NCBI GenBank assembly: GCA_963752285.1
Contig: CAVVXN010000005.1
Coordinates: 576,001-640,000 of the forward strand
DNA: 64,000 bases
Source of the DNA: an uncultured Planctomycetota bacterium
Lineage (GTDB): Bacteria > Planctomycetota > PLA2 > JAEUHO01
Direction of reading: 5' to 3'
Positions 31,744 to 41,781 of the stretch are shown here, piece by piece. The notes beneath the pieces are model-generated. The model was not told the DNA's origin. It searched no databases and was given only the letters and a program-made list of their open reading frames with translations. The position numbers and the translations under genes are program-made. Position 1 is the first letter of the stretch. Every line of letters starts with the position of its first letter.

Positions 31744-32267
31744 GCGGCGCGGCGCGGCCCGGGGCACGCCGGCGCCGCGCCCTCGTCGCGGGCGGGGTCG
31801 TCGTGGTCGCGCTCTCGCTCGCGGCGTCGTGCGGTGGACCGGGCGTCGACGAGTCGTCCGCGGACGCGCACGCCACGGCGGGTGCGCGCCTCGCCGCGGC
31901 CGAGCGGTGGTGGGGGTCCGCGGACGAGTACGAGATGGCGTTCGCGCTCGAGGATCCGGTGCCGGAGCGGGCCGCGCGCCGCGCGGACCTCGCGTTGCTC
32001 CGCGCGCACGCGCTCGGCCGCGCGGGTCGCGGCACCGACGCGCTCGCCTGGCTCCGCGTCGCGGAGCGTCTCGAGCCAGGTGCGCGGCTCGTGGAGCTCG
32101 AGCGGGGCCGCGTGCAGGACGGCTCGGTCCCGGAGACGATCGACATCGGCCGGGCGATCGCCGCGTACCGGGCCTACCTCGCGGCGTGGCGGTCGGCCGG
32201 CGCGCCGGAAGCGGAGCGAGAGGAAGCGGCCGAAGCGGAAGCGCGCCTGGAAAGCCTGACCCGCTAA
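31740..32267 (+). CDS. Helical (TPR-like) lipoprotein
   Basis: GTG overlapping the upstream stop; lipobox LAASC; AIAAYRAYL TPR-like end. Confidence 0.65.
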   Translation: MSGAARPGARRRRALVAGGVVVVALSLAASCGGPGVDESSADAHATAGARLAAAERWWGSADEYEMAFALEDPVPERAARRADLALLRAHALGRAGRGTDALAWLRVAERLEPGARLVELERGRVQDGSVPETIDIGRAIAAYRAYLAAWRSAGAPEAEREEAAEAEARLESLTR

Positions 32268-32475
32268 CCATACGGAGCCAGAGCAATTCGTCCGAATCCG
32301 CGGGGGCGTGGGGACGGGGCGGCCGTCGAGGGCGAGGAGCGCGCGTGCCGTCCGAACCGGTGTACGGACCCTGCGCGTTCGCAGGCCCCGCCGCGGGGCT
32401 CGGACGGGTCGCTCTGGGCCCGGCGGACGTGCACCTCACGAATCGGGCGGCGCCCCGGGCCCCCGGGCGGACCGG

Positions 32476-35160
32476 TCAGTCGTCCAGCACGGCGGCGCCT
32501 TGGTGGACGTCGCCGGCCGCGATGGACCACGCCTTCAGCACGAGGCCCTGGAGGTCCCCGTCCGGACGGGGGAGGCGGGCGTGGGCGCGGCCTGCGGCCA
32601 GGACCACCTCGGTGCGCGCGAGGACCGGGTCGTTCGCCAGCCGGTGGTTCTCGCGGATCTGGGCGAACGACGCAGGGTCGCCCGGGTCGGGAACGGGATG
32701 GACCTCGTGGGCGTCCCGGTCGCGCGGTACCTCGAGTGTGACCGTCACCTTCGCGCCGTCCGGGAGCGGCGCCTCGACGTCCACGTCGAGGAACGCCTCC
32801 GACTTCGCGACCTTCACGACGTGGACGTCGGGCCGGGGGAACGCGATCCGGGTCCCGGGGTCGCCGAGGAGCGCGTACATCCGCACGGCCTCGAGCGCGA
32901 GGCGATCGGCGGAGGCGCCGCCCGAGAGCATCCCGATCGCCGTCCGGGTGAGCGTGTCGGCGTGCGTGGGGTGGAGCGTCTCGCGGTCCGCGTTCGAGAG
33001 GAGGCTCCCCAGGCGGGCGCCCCCGACGTCGTCGGCCATCGACCGCGCAAGCGCGTCGCCGAGCAGCACGTTTCCGCCCGGGTGGCAGATCCGCGTCGCG
33101 CCGACGTAGGCGATCGGGCCGTTGGGGTTCGCGAGGAGCGCCTCACCCACGCCGTTCGGGCCGGGCCGGTCGAAGATCGCCGTGGTGCAGGCGAGGACGA
33201 ACACGACGGGGGGCGTGCCCTTCACGTGGATCTTCGGCGCGTCCTCGACCGTGAGGATCGGGTAGCGCTTCCTGCCCACACGGAGCGAGTCGAAGCCCTC
33301 CGCGTACCCGTGCCCGACGTACGTCGTGAAGAGCGCGCCCTCGTCGAACCCCTCGACGACCTTCTGACCGAATTCGGGAGGCGGCCAGAGGAACGGGCTC
33401 TTCGCGCTCGCGAACGTGACGTCCACGTCGAACGCCGGCGGAACGTCGTCCGCGACGGTGTGGCGGAACTTTCCCTCGAGAAGCGAGTCCACGAGGGGAC
33501 CGAAGCGGCCTTCGCTCGTGATGAACCGGAGGAGGCGCCGCGTCGGGTCGGCGGGGGGCGAGGTCTCGTAGCGGATCAACCGGTCCACGAACGCCGACAT
33601 CGTGTCGGCGTCGCGGAAGGGGAGACGGCCGACGGCCGGCCCCGCTGCGGGGTCGTCCGGGGCCTCGACGTACAGGTGGTCCGAGGCGGTGGCGCCGTTG
33701 TACATGGTCGGCGTGGACGGCGCGGGGATCGTGACGAAGTCCGCCATGTCGGTCCGGTCGAGCGTCGCGTCGCCGGCGAGGAGCAGGTAGGCGAGCGGTG
33801 CGCCCGGCCGCTTCTCGAGGTCCTCGACGAACGCGCGCACGGCCGCGGCGCCCGCCTCGCCGTGCCCGTATCGCTCGTAGACGTCGGTGACCGGCACGAC
33901 CGCCGACGGGAGGCCCGTCGCGGTCCGGTGTCGGGCCAGCCTCTGCGCGGCGTCCACGAGCGGCGGGACGGCGAGGATGACGTGACGCGCCGACCCGGCC
34001 TCCGCGAGCGGGTCGGGGATCCCCTCCACGCGGACGGGCGTCACGTCCCGCGCGGTCGCCGACGCGTAGAGGAGCGTCCCCTCGGGTACGTCGGCCGCCG
34101 CGACGACCACGCGGTCGAGGTCGGGAGGCCCGGTCCCGTGCCACAGGTCGGTTCGCCAGTGCGCGGGGCTGCCGAGCGAGCGCCCGTCGGGGCCGACGCG
34201 CACGAGGAACACCGGCGCGGGACCGTCCTTCCGTACGAACGACCCGGTCAACGCGGTCGCCCGCTGCGGGGGCAGCGAGAAGCCGCGGAGCGCCGGACCC
34301 ACCCGCGACTCGACCGGTCCCCGCAGCGTGAGCGCGTCGACCCAGATCGTTCCCCGGTCGTCGCTCACGTCGTGCGCGGCGGGTGGTGGCGGCGCGTCGG
34401 AGCGGTCGGTCAGCAGGAGCGCGGTGCCCTCCGCCGGGACCGCCGCCGCCGGCACCGTGAACCGGAACACCGCCCCGTCCTCGCCGTGCTCGACCGTCGC
34501 GGTGCCGAGGTCCTTCTCGCCCCAGCGGGCGGCGAGGGACGCGGGGCCTTCGAGCGTTCGCCAGGCACGCACCTCGAGCACCTGCGCCGCGCCGGCGAGC
34601 GCTCCCGCCGGATCGAGGTCGAGGGCGACGCTGCGTCCCGGGAGGATTCGCGCGAGATACCAGGTCGGCGCGCGGGGATGGTCGTACACGCGCGGGCTCG
34701 CGGCCGCGAGCGTCCCGTAGAGCACGTCCGTCGCGACGCGACGCGTCGAGGTCAGCGCGGGCGAAGGCGCGGCCACCTCCGCCGGCAGGTCGTCCTCCGC
34801 GACCGAGGGCCGCCTTACCGCGTCGGGGTGGAGGACGAGCTCGAACGTGGCGAACGCGCTGTCGGGCCGCGCCGTGTCCACCGCGAGGAAGACGAGGTCC
34901 TCCTTCGGGCCGGTCGTCGCGACCGGCACGGGCCACCCGCCGCGGGTGACCTCGACCCGCTCGGCGGAGGGGACCCCCACCCGGGCCAGGGCGGCCCGCG
35001 CGACCCGGACGAACCCGTCGCCCTTCACCGTGACCCGGGCGACCACGGGTGCCGTCGTCCCGGCGCGGGCGGCGGGGAGCCAGCCCGCCGCGGGGACGAG
35101 GGCGAGGGCCAGGAGCACAAACAGGAGGGGTAGGAACGGGAGGGGGCGGCGGCGGCGCAT
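32476..35160 (-). CDS. Secreted C25 family (gingipain/PorU-like) cysteine peptidase
   Basis: Signal peptide; DVYERYGHG..AVRAFV, YLLLAGDA, SDHLY, VGRLP, YVGHG (catalytic His), LACTT (catalytic Cys), GPIAYVGATR, YALLGDP. Confidence 0.85.
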   Translation of the reverse strand: MRRRRPLPFLPLLFVLLALALVPAAGWLPAARAGTTAPVVARVTVKGDGFVRVARAALARVGVPSAERVEVTRGGWPVPVATTGPKEDLVFLAVDTARPDSAFATFELVLHPDAVRRPSVAEDDLPAEVAAPSPALTSTRRVATDVLYGTLAAASPRVYDHPRAPTWYLARILPGRSVALDLDPAGALAGAAQVLEVRAWRTLEGPASLAARWGEKDLGTATVEHGEDGAVFRFTVPAAAVPAEGTALLLTDRSDAPPPPAAHDVSDDRGTIWVDALTLRGPVESRVGPALRGFSLPPQRATALTGSFVRKDGPAPVFLVRVGPDGRSLGSPAHWRTDLWHGTGPPDLDRVVVAAADVPEGTLLYASATARDVTPVRVEGIPDPLAEAGSARHVILAVPPLVDAAQRLARHRTATGLPSAVVPVTDVYERYGHGEAGAAAVRAFVEDLEKRPGAPLAYLLLAGDATLDRTDMADFVTIPAPSTPTMYNGATASDHLYVEAPDDPAAGPAVGRLPFRDADTMSAFVDRLIRYETSPPADPTRRLLRFITSEGRFGPLVDSLLEGKFRHTVADDVPPAFDVDVTFASAKSPFLWPPPEFGQKVVEGFDEGALFTTYVGHGYAEGFDSLRVGRKRYPILTVEDAPKIHVKGTPPVVFVLACTTAIFDRPGPNGVGEALLANPNGPIAYVGATRICHPGGNVLLGDALARSMADDVGGARLGSLLSNADRETLHPTHADTLTRTAIGMLSGGASADRLALEAVRMYALLGDPGTRIAFPRPDVHVVKVAKSEAFLDVDVEAPLPDGAKVTVTLEVPRDRDAHEVHPVPDPGDPASFAQIRENHRLANDPVLARTEVVLAAGRAHARLPRPDGDLQGLVLKAWSIAAGDVHQGAAVLDD

Positions 35161-35233
35161 CGCGCCATGCTACGGAGGCGCCGGCGGGGCGGTCGGGGGT
35201 ACCCTCTGGCGCCCGGAGGTAGGCGAGGAGCGC

Positions 35234-35647
35234 ATGCGGAGCGTGGTCCAGTGGGTCCTGATCGGCGTCCTGCGGCTCGTGTTCCTCGGCTTCGGCGCCT
35301 GGGTCGGGCTCGTGCCGGACGCCCTCCCCGGCGCACACCCGCTCACCCGGATCGCCCTCGCGTCGGTCTTCCTGGTCTTCGCGGTCCTGCTCGGGGAGTT
35401 CCTGAGCCTGAAGACGCGCTTCGACATGCTGATCCGAGCCGTCAAGTCCGCCACGGCCCGGACGAAGCCGGACCCCACGAGCCGGGAGGAGGCGATCGGG
35501 ATCCTGATCCGTACGCTCGACTCCAAGGACTCCGCCACGCGGGAGAAGGCCCACCGCCACCTGGTCCGTCTCACGGGTCAGGACCTCCCTCCGGATTCCG
35601 GGGCGTGGGAAGCCTGGCAGCGCGGCACGAAGGAACAAGATGAGTAG
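35234..35647 (+). CDS. Two-TM hypothetical protein with C-terminal HEAT-like helices
   Basis: SD GAGGAG; two hydrophobic segments; LIRTLDSKDSATREKA..LVRLTGQD...W..W ending. Confidence 0.75.
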   Translation: MRSVVQWVLIGVLRLVFLGFGAWVGLVPDALPGAHPLTRIALASVFLVFAVLLGEFLSLKTRFDMLIRAVKSATARTKPDPTSREEAIGILIRTLDSKDSATREKAHRHLVRLTGQDLPPDSGAWEAWQRGTKEQDE

Positions 35648-35732
35648 CCTCGACTCCAGTCCGTGGAGCCCCTTGGGGTTCGAAGGCCATTCGAGTGTTC
35701 CCGGCCGCCGTCGTGCTATACCGCCCGTCGCC

Positions 35733-36740
35733 ATGCCCCTGCCCAACGCGCTCGGTCCCGCCACCAAGAGCCTTCCCGCGGTTCTCGAGCCGATCCGGGA
35801 CGCCCTGGACCGCGTCGGCGCGTGCTACGAGGAGATCCTCGCCGACGTCTCGTGGCGCACGCGCGACATGACGAGCCAAGCCGCGCGGTTCTCGGGCAAA
35901 CGGCTCCGGCCGGGCCTCACGTGCATCGCCTCGCGCATCGCCGGCGGGGGCGTCGGGGCCGACGTGGCGACGGTCGCGGCCATCGTGGAGCTGATCCACA
36001 CCGCGACCCTCGTCCACGACGACGTGCTCGACGGTGCCGACGTGCGGCGCAAGGTCGCGACGGTGAACGCGCGCTGGGGCGACGGCATCGCCGTCCTCGT
36101 CGGCGACGTGCTCTTCTCGAAGGCGTACCTCGCGGCCGCCTGTCTGGGCGACCGGTTCGCGTCGCGTTACCTCTCGGAGGTCGTGGGCGAGATCCTCGAA
36201 GGCGAGATCCACCAGGACGTCGTCTCCCGCGATCCGAATCTCGCCGAAGACGAGTACCGCGCGATCATCCGCGGCAAGACCGCGGCGCTGTACGAAGCTG
36301 CGCTGGTGGTCGGTGCGCACTACGGCGGCGCCCCCGAGATGGGGGGGCCCCTCGGCCGCTACGGCCACCACCTCGGGATGGCCTTCCAGATCGTGGACGA
36401 CCGCCTCGACCTGACCGGCGACGAGGCGACGATGGGGAAGACCCTCGGCCGAGACCTCGGCGAGGGGAAGACCACGCTGCCCGTGATCCTCTGGCTCCGC
36501 GAACGGCCCGACTCCGAGCGCCGCGCCGCCATCTCGATGGTCGAGACGGCATGGGACGACGCGGCCGCGGCGGACCGCCTGCGCCGGCGCCTGGCGCAGG
36601 AGGGCGCGCTTGCGGCCGCCGACGCCGCCGCGCGCGCGGAGGTCGAGCTCGCGCTTACGTCGCTCGAAGGCGTGCCCCCCGGCCCCGACCGCGATCTCCT
36701 CGAACGGATCGCGCGTTACGTGCTCGGACGACACCAGTAG
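35733..36740 (+). CDS. ispB: Polyprenyl diphosphate synthase (IspB/HepT family)
   Basis: GKRLRP, ELIHTATLVHDDVLD..RR, GKTA, FQIVDD..D, GKT.G.DL.EGK.TLP. Confidence 0.9.
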   Translation: MPLPNALGPATKSLPAVLEPIRDALDRVGACYEEILADVSWRTRDMTSQAARFSGKRLRPGLTCIASRIAGGGVGADVATVAAIVELIHTATLVHDDVLDGADVRRKVATVNARWGDGIAVLVGDVLFSKAYLAAACLGDRFASRYLSEVVGEILEGEIHQDVVSRDPNLAEDEYRAIIRGKTAALYEAALVVGAHYGGAPEMGGPLGRYGHHLGMAFQIVDDRLDLTGDEATMGKTLGRDLGEGKTTLPVILWLRERPDSERRAAISMVETAWDDAAAADRLRRRLAQEGALAAADAAARAEVELALTSLEGVPPGPDRDLLERIARYVLGRHQ

Positions 36741-36904
36741 CACACGCGCGTTCGCGAGGTCTTCTCGCGACCTTGTCGGCAAGTTTACGGAACGACGCCT
36801 CCGGCGCGCGAGCGAGAAACACGCGTTGGGAGCCCCCTCCCGTATGCTCCCGATGCGCGGTCCGGAGCCGGGCCCGCGACGAATCCGGGTGTGAGGACGG
36901 AAGC

Positions 36905-37597
36905 GTGGCCAAGGAACGCATCCTCGTCATCGAGGACGAGGACGACCTCCTCGAGGTCATGACCTACAACCTCAAGCGAGAGGGCTTCGAGATCCGCTCC
37001 ACGGGCAGCGGTCTCGACGGGCTGCGCCGCGCGCGGCAGGACGGCGCGGACCTCGTGCTCCTCGACCTCATGCTCCCGGACGTGGACGGTCTCGAGATCT
37101 GTCGGCGTCTCCGTCGCGACCCCCTGACCGCGCGACTGCCCGTGATCATCGTGACGGCGAAGGGCGAAGAGAGCGACATCGTCCTCGGGCTGGGCGTGGG
37201 TGCGGACGACTACATCCCCAAGCCCTTCAGCCCGCGCGAGCTCGTCGCGCGCGTGAAGGCGGTGCTCCGTCGCGGGCCGCCGCGCGGCGAGGAGGGGCCT
37301 CCCGAGCGGGTGGTCCGCGGCCCGCTCACGATCGACGTCTCGCGGCACGAGGCCACGCTCTCGGGCGATCCGGTCAACCTCACGGCCACCGAGTTCAAGC
37401 TCCTGCACTTCCTCGCGGCCCACCCCGGCCGCGTCTTCACGCGGGACCAGCTCCTCCGGCGTGTGATGGGGGAGCACGTCGTGCTCGTGGACCGGAACAT
37501 CGACGTCCACGTCCGGTCGATCCGCCAGAAGCTCGGGGAGGGGCGGACGCTCCTCGAGACCGTGCGCGGCGTGGGCTACCGCTTTCGGGACTCGTAG
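36905..37597 (+). CDS. OmpR/PhoB family response regulator
   Basis: ILVIEDE, LLDLMLP, TAKGEE, GADDYIPKPF, LTATEF, DRNIDVH, ETVRGVGY. Confidence 0.93.
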   Translation: MAKERILVIEDEDDLLEVMTYNLKREGFEIRSTGSGLDGLRRARQDGADLVLLDLMLPDVDGLEICRRLRRDPLTARLPVIIVTAKGEESDIVLGLGVGADDYIPKPFSPRELVARVKAVLRRGPPRGEEGPPERVVRGPLTIDVSRHEATLSGDPVNLTATEFKLLHFLAAHPGRVFTRDQLLRRVMGEHVVLVDRNIDVHVRSIRQKLGEGRTLLETVRGVGYRFRDS

Positions 37598-37638
37598 CCT
37601 ACCCTCCGTCTCCACTCTCGACGCGACGAGGAGGCGGG

Positions 37639-39459
37639 GTGCGGCGCCCAGGGCTGTTCGGAAAGCTGTACGCGGGGTTCGCCCTGCTGATCGCGGTGAC
37701 ATCGCTCCTCTTCGGGCTGTTCGCCATTCCCGAGCTCGTCGATGGCGAGGAGCGTGAGACGAGGGACAACCTCCTCGCGACCACCGCGCTGTTGGCCTCC
37801 TGGGCGGAGCCGGTGCTGGCGGGTGAGAAGCCCGCGGACGATCTCCAGACCGGGTACGAGCCGCTCGAGCGCCGGGGTGCGCTGCGGCTCACGTTGATCC
37901 GGGAGGACGGCCGCGTGCTTGCCGACTCCCACCACGACCCGGCCACGATGGACGACCACTCCCGCCGGCCCGAGATCGTGGCCGCGCGGATCGGCGGCAC
38001 GGGGATCGCGACACGCATGAGCCACACGCTCGACCAGCGCCTCGTGTACGCGGCCCGACGCGTGGACCGCGAGGGCGTGCCCCTCGGGTACGTGCGCCTC
38101 GCGCAGTCGCTCGAGGGCGTGGACCTGAGGAAGGCGCGGCTCCGCGGCGTGGCCGTGGTCTCGGCGTTCGCCGCGATGCTCATCGGACTCGTCGTGGCGC
38201 TCCTCGTGTCCCGCCGCCTCACACGGCCCCTCCGCTCCCTGATCGACGCGGCCGAGACCGTCGCGCACGGGGGTCCCGCCGAGCTCCTTCCCGTGACGAC
38301 CCACGACGAGATGGGGCGGCTCACGGAGACGTTCAACCGGATGGCAGGCGAGCTGAACGCGCGGATCGACACGATCTCGCGCGACCGCACCGAGCTGCTC
38401 GCGATGCTGTCGGCGATGGCGGAGGGGGTCCTCGCCGTGGACGCGGAGGAGAAGGTGGTCCTCATCAACGACGCCGCGGGCCGGCTTCTCGGTCTCGACC
38501 TGCGACGCGCGGTGGGGCACCGCCTCGACGAGGTGACGAAGGTCGCCGAGGTGGGCGAGGTCGTGCACCGTGTGATGGTGGACGGCACGCGCGAAGAACG
38601 CGAGGTCTGCCTCCCGACGCCAGCGCGCGACCGCTTTCTGCAGCTCCTCGGCGCGCCTGTCCAGGCGCCCGGCGACCCGGGCCGTGGCGCCGTGCTCGTC
38701 GTGCACGACATCTCCGAGCTGAGGCACCTCGAGAAGGTGCGGCGCGACTTCGTCGCCAACGTCTCGCACGAGCTCAAGACGCCGCTCTCCGTGATTCGCG
38801 GCTTCGCGGAGACGATCCTCGAGGATCCCGACATGGACCCCGCGACGCGCGGGCGGTTCCTCGACAAGGTGCGCCAGCAGACGCTCCGGCTCTCCGACCT
38901 CGTCGAAGAGGTCCTCGTGCTCTCGCGGCTCGAGAGCCAGGAGAACCCGGTCGCCCAGGACCTCGTGGACATGGTGGCGCCCGTCCGCGAGGCCGTGCAC
39001 GGGCTCCAGTCCCTGGCGACCGAGAAGGGCATCTCGCTCTCGCAACGCCTCCCGTTCCAGCCGGTGGTGGTGCGGGGCGAGGAAGAGGCGATCCTCCGCG
39101 TGGCGGGGAACCTACTCGACAACGCGCTCAAGTACACGCCGTCCGGCGGACGCGTGGAGGTGCGGGTCGCGATCACGCCCGCGGGCGCGCGCCTCGAGGT
39201 GGAGGACACGGGGATCGGGATCCCGCCCGACGCGCGCGAGCGCGTGTTCGAGCGCTTCTACCGGGTCGATCCCGGGCGTTCCCGGGAGGCGGGGGGCACG
39301 GGCCTCGGCTTGAGCATCGTGAAGCACCTCGTGCAGGGCATGGCCGGCCGTGTCTGGGTGGAGGGCGTCGAGCGGGGCGGGAGCCGGTTCTGCGTGGAGC
39401 TGCCCCTCGCGCGGCCCGGCGGCGCCGACGGCCGCGGCGGTCTGGCCGACGGCACGTGA
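37639..39459 (+). CDS. PhoR-like sensor histidine kinase (sCache-HAMP-PAS-HisKA-HATPase)
   Basis: Two TMs, DHSRRPEI, RRDFVANVSHELKTPL, NLLDNALKY, DTGIGI, FERFYRVD, GGTGLGLSIV. Confidence 0.92.
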   Translation: MRRPGLFGKLYAGFALLIAVTSLLFGLFAIPELVDGEERETRDNLLATTALLASWAEPVLAGEKPADDLQTGYEPLERRGALRLTLIREDGRVLADSHHDPATMDDHSRRPEIVAARIGGTGIATRMSHTLDQRLVYAARRVDREGVPLGYVRLAQSLEGVDLRKARLRGVAVVSAFAAMLIGLVVALLVSRRLTRPLRSLIDAAETVAHGGPAELLPVTTHDEMGRLTETFNRMAGELNARIDTISRDRTELLAMLSAMAEGVLAVDAEEKVVLINDAAGRLLGLDLRRAVGHRLDEVTKVAEVGEVVHRVMVDGTREEREVCLPTPARDRFLQLLGAPVQAPGDPGRGAVLVVHDISELRHLEKVRRDFVANVSHELKTPLSVIRGFAETILEDPDMDPATRGRFLDKVRQQTLRLSDLVEEVLVLSRLESQENPVAQDLVDMVAPVREAVHGLQSLATEKGISLSQRLPFQPVVVRGEEEAILRVAGNLLDNALKYTPSGGRVEVRVAITPAGARLEVEDTGIGIPPDARERVFERFYRVDPGRSREAGGTGLGLSIVKHLVQGMAGRVWVEGVERGGSRFCVELPLARPGGADGRGGLADGT

Positions 39460-39469
39460 GCGCCGGCGC

Positions 39470-40741
39470 TCAGCGCGGCTCGGGAGGAGGCCCGGTCTTG
39501 CCCTGGGACGGGGGGCCGTCGGTCTCTCCCTCGTCTCCTCCCACGTCCTTCGGGCCGGGGCGCTCCCCGGTCCGCAGCGCACGCAGGCGCCCGAACACCC
39601 ACTTCCAGCCCTCCTCGTGGCCCGCGCGGTCCTTCGCCGCCTCCGGCGTGTCCGCGTACGGACCCTGGGTGAGCGTCACCACCGTGCCTCCCCCGGCGCG
39701 CGCGGCGAGGTCCAGGGTCACGACCTGATCGGGGCGCTTTGGGCCCTGGGACCACACCCAGGTGAACGAGAGGCGGCGGCCGCGGTCCGCTTCCTTCACG
39801 CGACCGTCCAGACGCCACCCCGGGCCGGGCCAGTCGAGCACGAAGCGGCCGCCCGGCTTCGCCTCCACGTCGGCCTTCTCGGGCCAGAACGTCACCAGCT
39901 TCTCGGCGGTCGTGAAGTGGTCGTAGACCTCCTCGGGGGTGAAGGCCTCCAGCTCGGAGCGCATCACGAGCTCTGCCCCTTCCGAGACCACCGCGATCGC
40001 AGGCGCACGGGGACGGAAGAGGTCCTTCGTCGGGGTCGCGGAGAGCTGCATCGTGAGCCCTCCGCCCCAGTCGACCGAGAAGACGCGGCCGTCGGGCAGC
40101 ACCTCCAGGGGCAGGGTCTTCCCGTTCGCCTTCGCGAGTCGCACCCTCCCCACGGTGACGGGGCGGGCGTCGAACGTGCGCGCGGCCGTGCCCTCCCACG
40201 TGAACACCGCCTCTCCGATCACGCGGAGCGCGTTCGCCTCGTCGAGCTCCGTCCTCGCGAGGCGCCCGCCGTCCTCGTGGGGCACGGCGGACGCGAGGAC
40301 GAACCCGAGGCCCGTCATGGTGCCGGGCCCCGGCGCCTCCACGTCGTGCCCCTGGACCTCGCCCTTCTCGACCGCCTTCACGACGAACCCAGCCTCGGTC
40401 CGCTCGAGGCTCGCGACGAGGTTCCCGTACGTGCGGTATTCGCTCGACACCAGGCGTTCGCCGCCGTCGATCGCCATGGAGCGGGACTCCCGGTAGTCGC
40501 CGTCGTCGAAGGCGAGCGCGAGCTCCCACTGGACGGCGATCCCGTGGTCCTCGCGTCGCGCGACGTCGAGGCGCGCGAAGCCGACGGGTGCACCGTCGCC
40601 GCCGCGCATCGCGTACCAGTGGGTGCCGGTCGGGACGGTGTCGAGCACGCGCTTCTCCCCCGGGGCGTCCGCCCGTGACGGGCGCGGCAGGAGCAGGAGG
40701 GAGGCGAGGCCGACGAGCACCACGAGTCCGCGCGCGCGCAT
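39470..40741 (-). CDS. Secreted protein with C-terminal SRPBCC/AHSA1 domain
   Basis: Signal peptide (..PSRA); C-terminal PEEVY..FT....L..FW...PGG.F...RLSFTW...GTVVTLT..HEEGW pattern. Confidence 0.75.
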   Translation of the reverse strand: MRARGLVVLVGLASLLLLPRPSRADAPGEKRVLDTVPTGTHWYAMRGGDGAPVGFARLDVARREDHGIAVQWELALAFDDGDYRESRSMAIDGGERLVSSEYRTYGNLVASLERTEAGFVVKAVEKGEVQGHDVEAPGPGTMTGLGFVLASAVPHEDGGRLARTELDEANALRVIGEAVFTWEGTAARTFDARPVTVGRVRLAKANGKTLPLEVLPDGRVFSVDWGGGLTMQLSATPTKDLFRPRAPAIAVVSEGAELVMRSELEAFTPEEVYDHFTTAEKLVTFWPEKADVEAKPGGRFVLDWPGPGWRLDGRVKEADRGRRLSFTWVWSQGPKRPDQVVTLDLAARAGGGTVVTLTQGPYADTPEAAKDRAGHEEGWKWVFGRLRALRTGERPGPKDVGGDEGETDGPPSQGKTGPPPEPR

Positions 40742-40833
40742 CGCACCGCCTCCTGGACCAGGGCCGGGATCGTACTCCGGGGCCGCGGTCTCGACCGGCC
40801 GATCGCGCGTCCCGTGCGTGGTAGCCTCCGCGC

Positions 40834-41700
40834 GTGGGCGTGTACGGCCGCGACTGGATGCGCGAAGGCGGCGTCTCCTCGACGAACGGGGGGACGTCGA
40901 TGACCGTCCGCCTCGTGATCGCGAACGCGATCGCGTGGTTCGTGTACGCGGGGTCGCTCCGTTTCGGCGGCCGGTTCGGCGGGCTCTACGGGTTCATCAC
41001 GGACGAGCTCACGCTGCACACCGACGCCGTCTTCGCGCACGGCCGGATCTGGCAGCCCCTCACGGCCATCTTCCTCCACGACCCCTCGCGTCTCGACCAC
41101 GTCTTCTTCAACCTGCTCTTCCTCTGGATCTTCGGGCGCATCGTCGAGGGGATGATCTCGTCGCGTGCGCTCCTCGCGCTCTACCTCGCCGGCGGCGCGG
41201 TCTCCGCCCTGGCCCTCGTCCCCGTGGCGGCCTTCGAGGGGCACCCGGTGGTTGGCCTCGGCGCGTCGGGCGCCGTGTACGCGATCGGGGTGTTCGCGGC
41301 CCTCCGCCTGCCGTTCCTCCCGATGATCCTCCTCTTCATCCCGATGCCTCTGTGGGTCCTCGTCGGGGTGTTCATGGTCGGGCGCGAAGTCGCGAACCTC
41401 GTCCTCGTCGGGCACGCGCTCGGTCCCACCGTCGCGCACCTCTCGGGCGCCGCGTACGGCTATGCGTTCCACAGGCTCCGCTGGCGGATCGCCCCGGGCG
41501 CCGGCGCGAGCCGGCTGGCCCGCGCGCGGCGCGCCGTGGTGCGGAAGCAGGAGGAGCGCGCGGAGGAGGCCGAGGCCGAGGTCCGCAAGCGCGTGGACGA
41601 CCTGCTCGCGAAGATCCACGCCGAGGGGATCTCGTCGCTCACGACGGCCGAGAAGGACTTCCTCGAGTCGGCGAGCCGCCGGTTCCGCACGACCCGATGA
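40834..41700 (+). CDS. Rhomboid family intramembrane serine protease
   Basis: WQPLTAIFLH, HVFFN, GASG (Ser), AHLSG (His), C-terminal VDDLLAKI..EG..SLT..EK.FL tail. Confidence 0.92.
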   Translation: MGVYGRDWMREGGVSSTNGGTSMTVRLVIANAIAWFVYAGSLRFGGRFGGLYGFITDELTLHTDAVFAHGRIWQPLTAIFLHDPSRLDHVFFNLLFLWIFGRIVEGMISSRALLALYLAGGAVSALALVPVAAFEGHPVVGLGASGAVYAIGVFAALRLPFLPMILLFIPMPLWVLVGVFMVGREVANLVLVGHALGPTVAHLSGAAYGYAFHRLRWRIAPGAGASRLARARRAVVRKQEERAEEAEAEVRKRVDDLLAKIHAEGISSLTTAEKDFLESASRRFRTTR

Positions 41701-41781
41701 GGCGGTCGCGGACGGGCGCCGGGTCTCGGCGCGTCCACGGTGCTACGTTGCCGCCCCAAGGCGAGCGGGGCGTGCCGGGCG

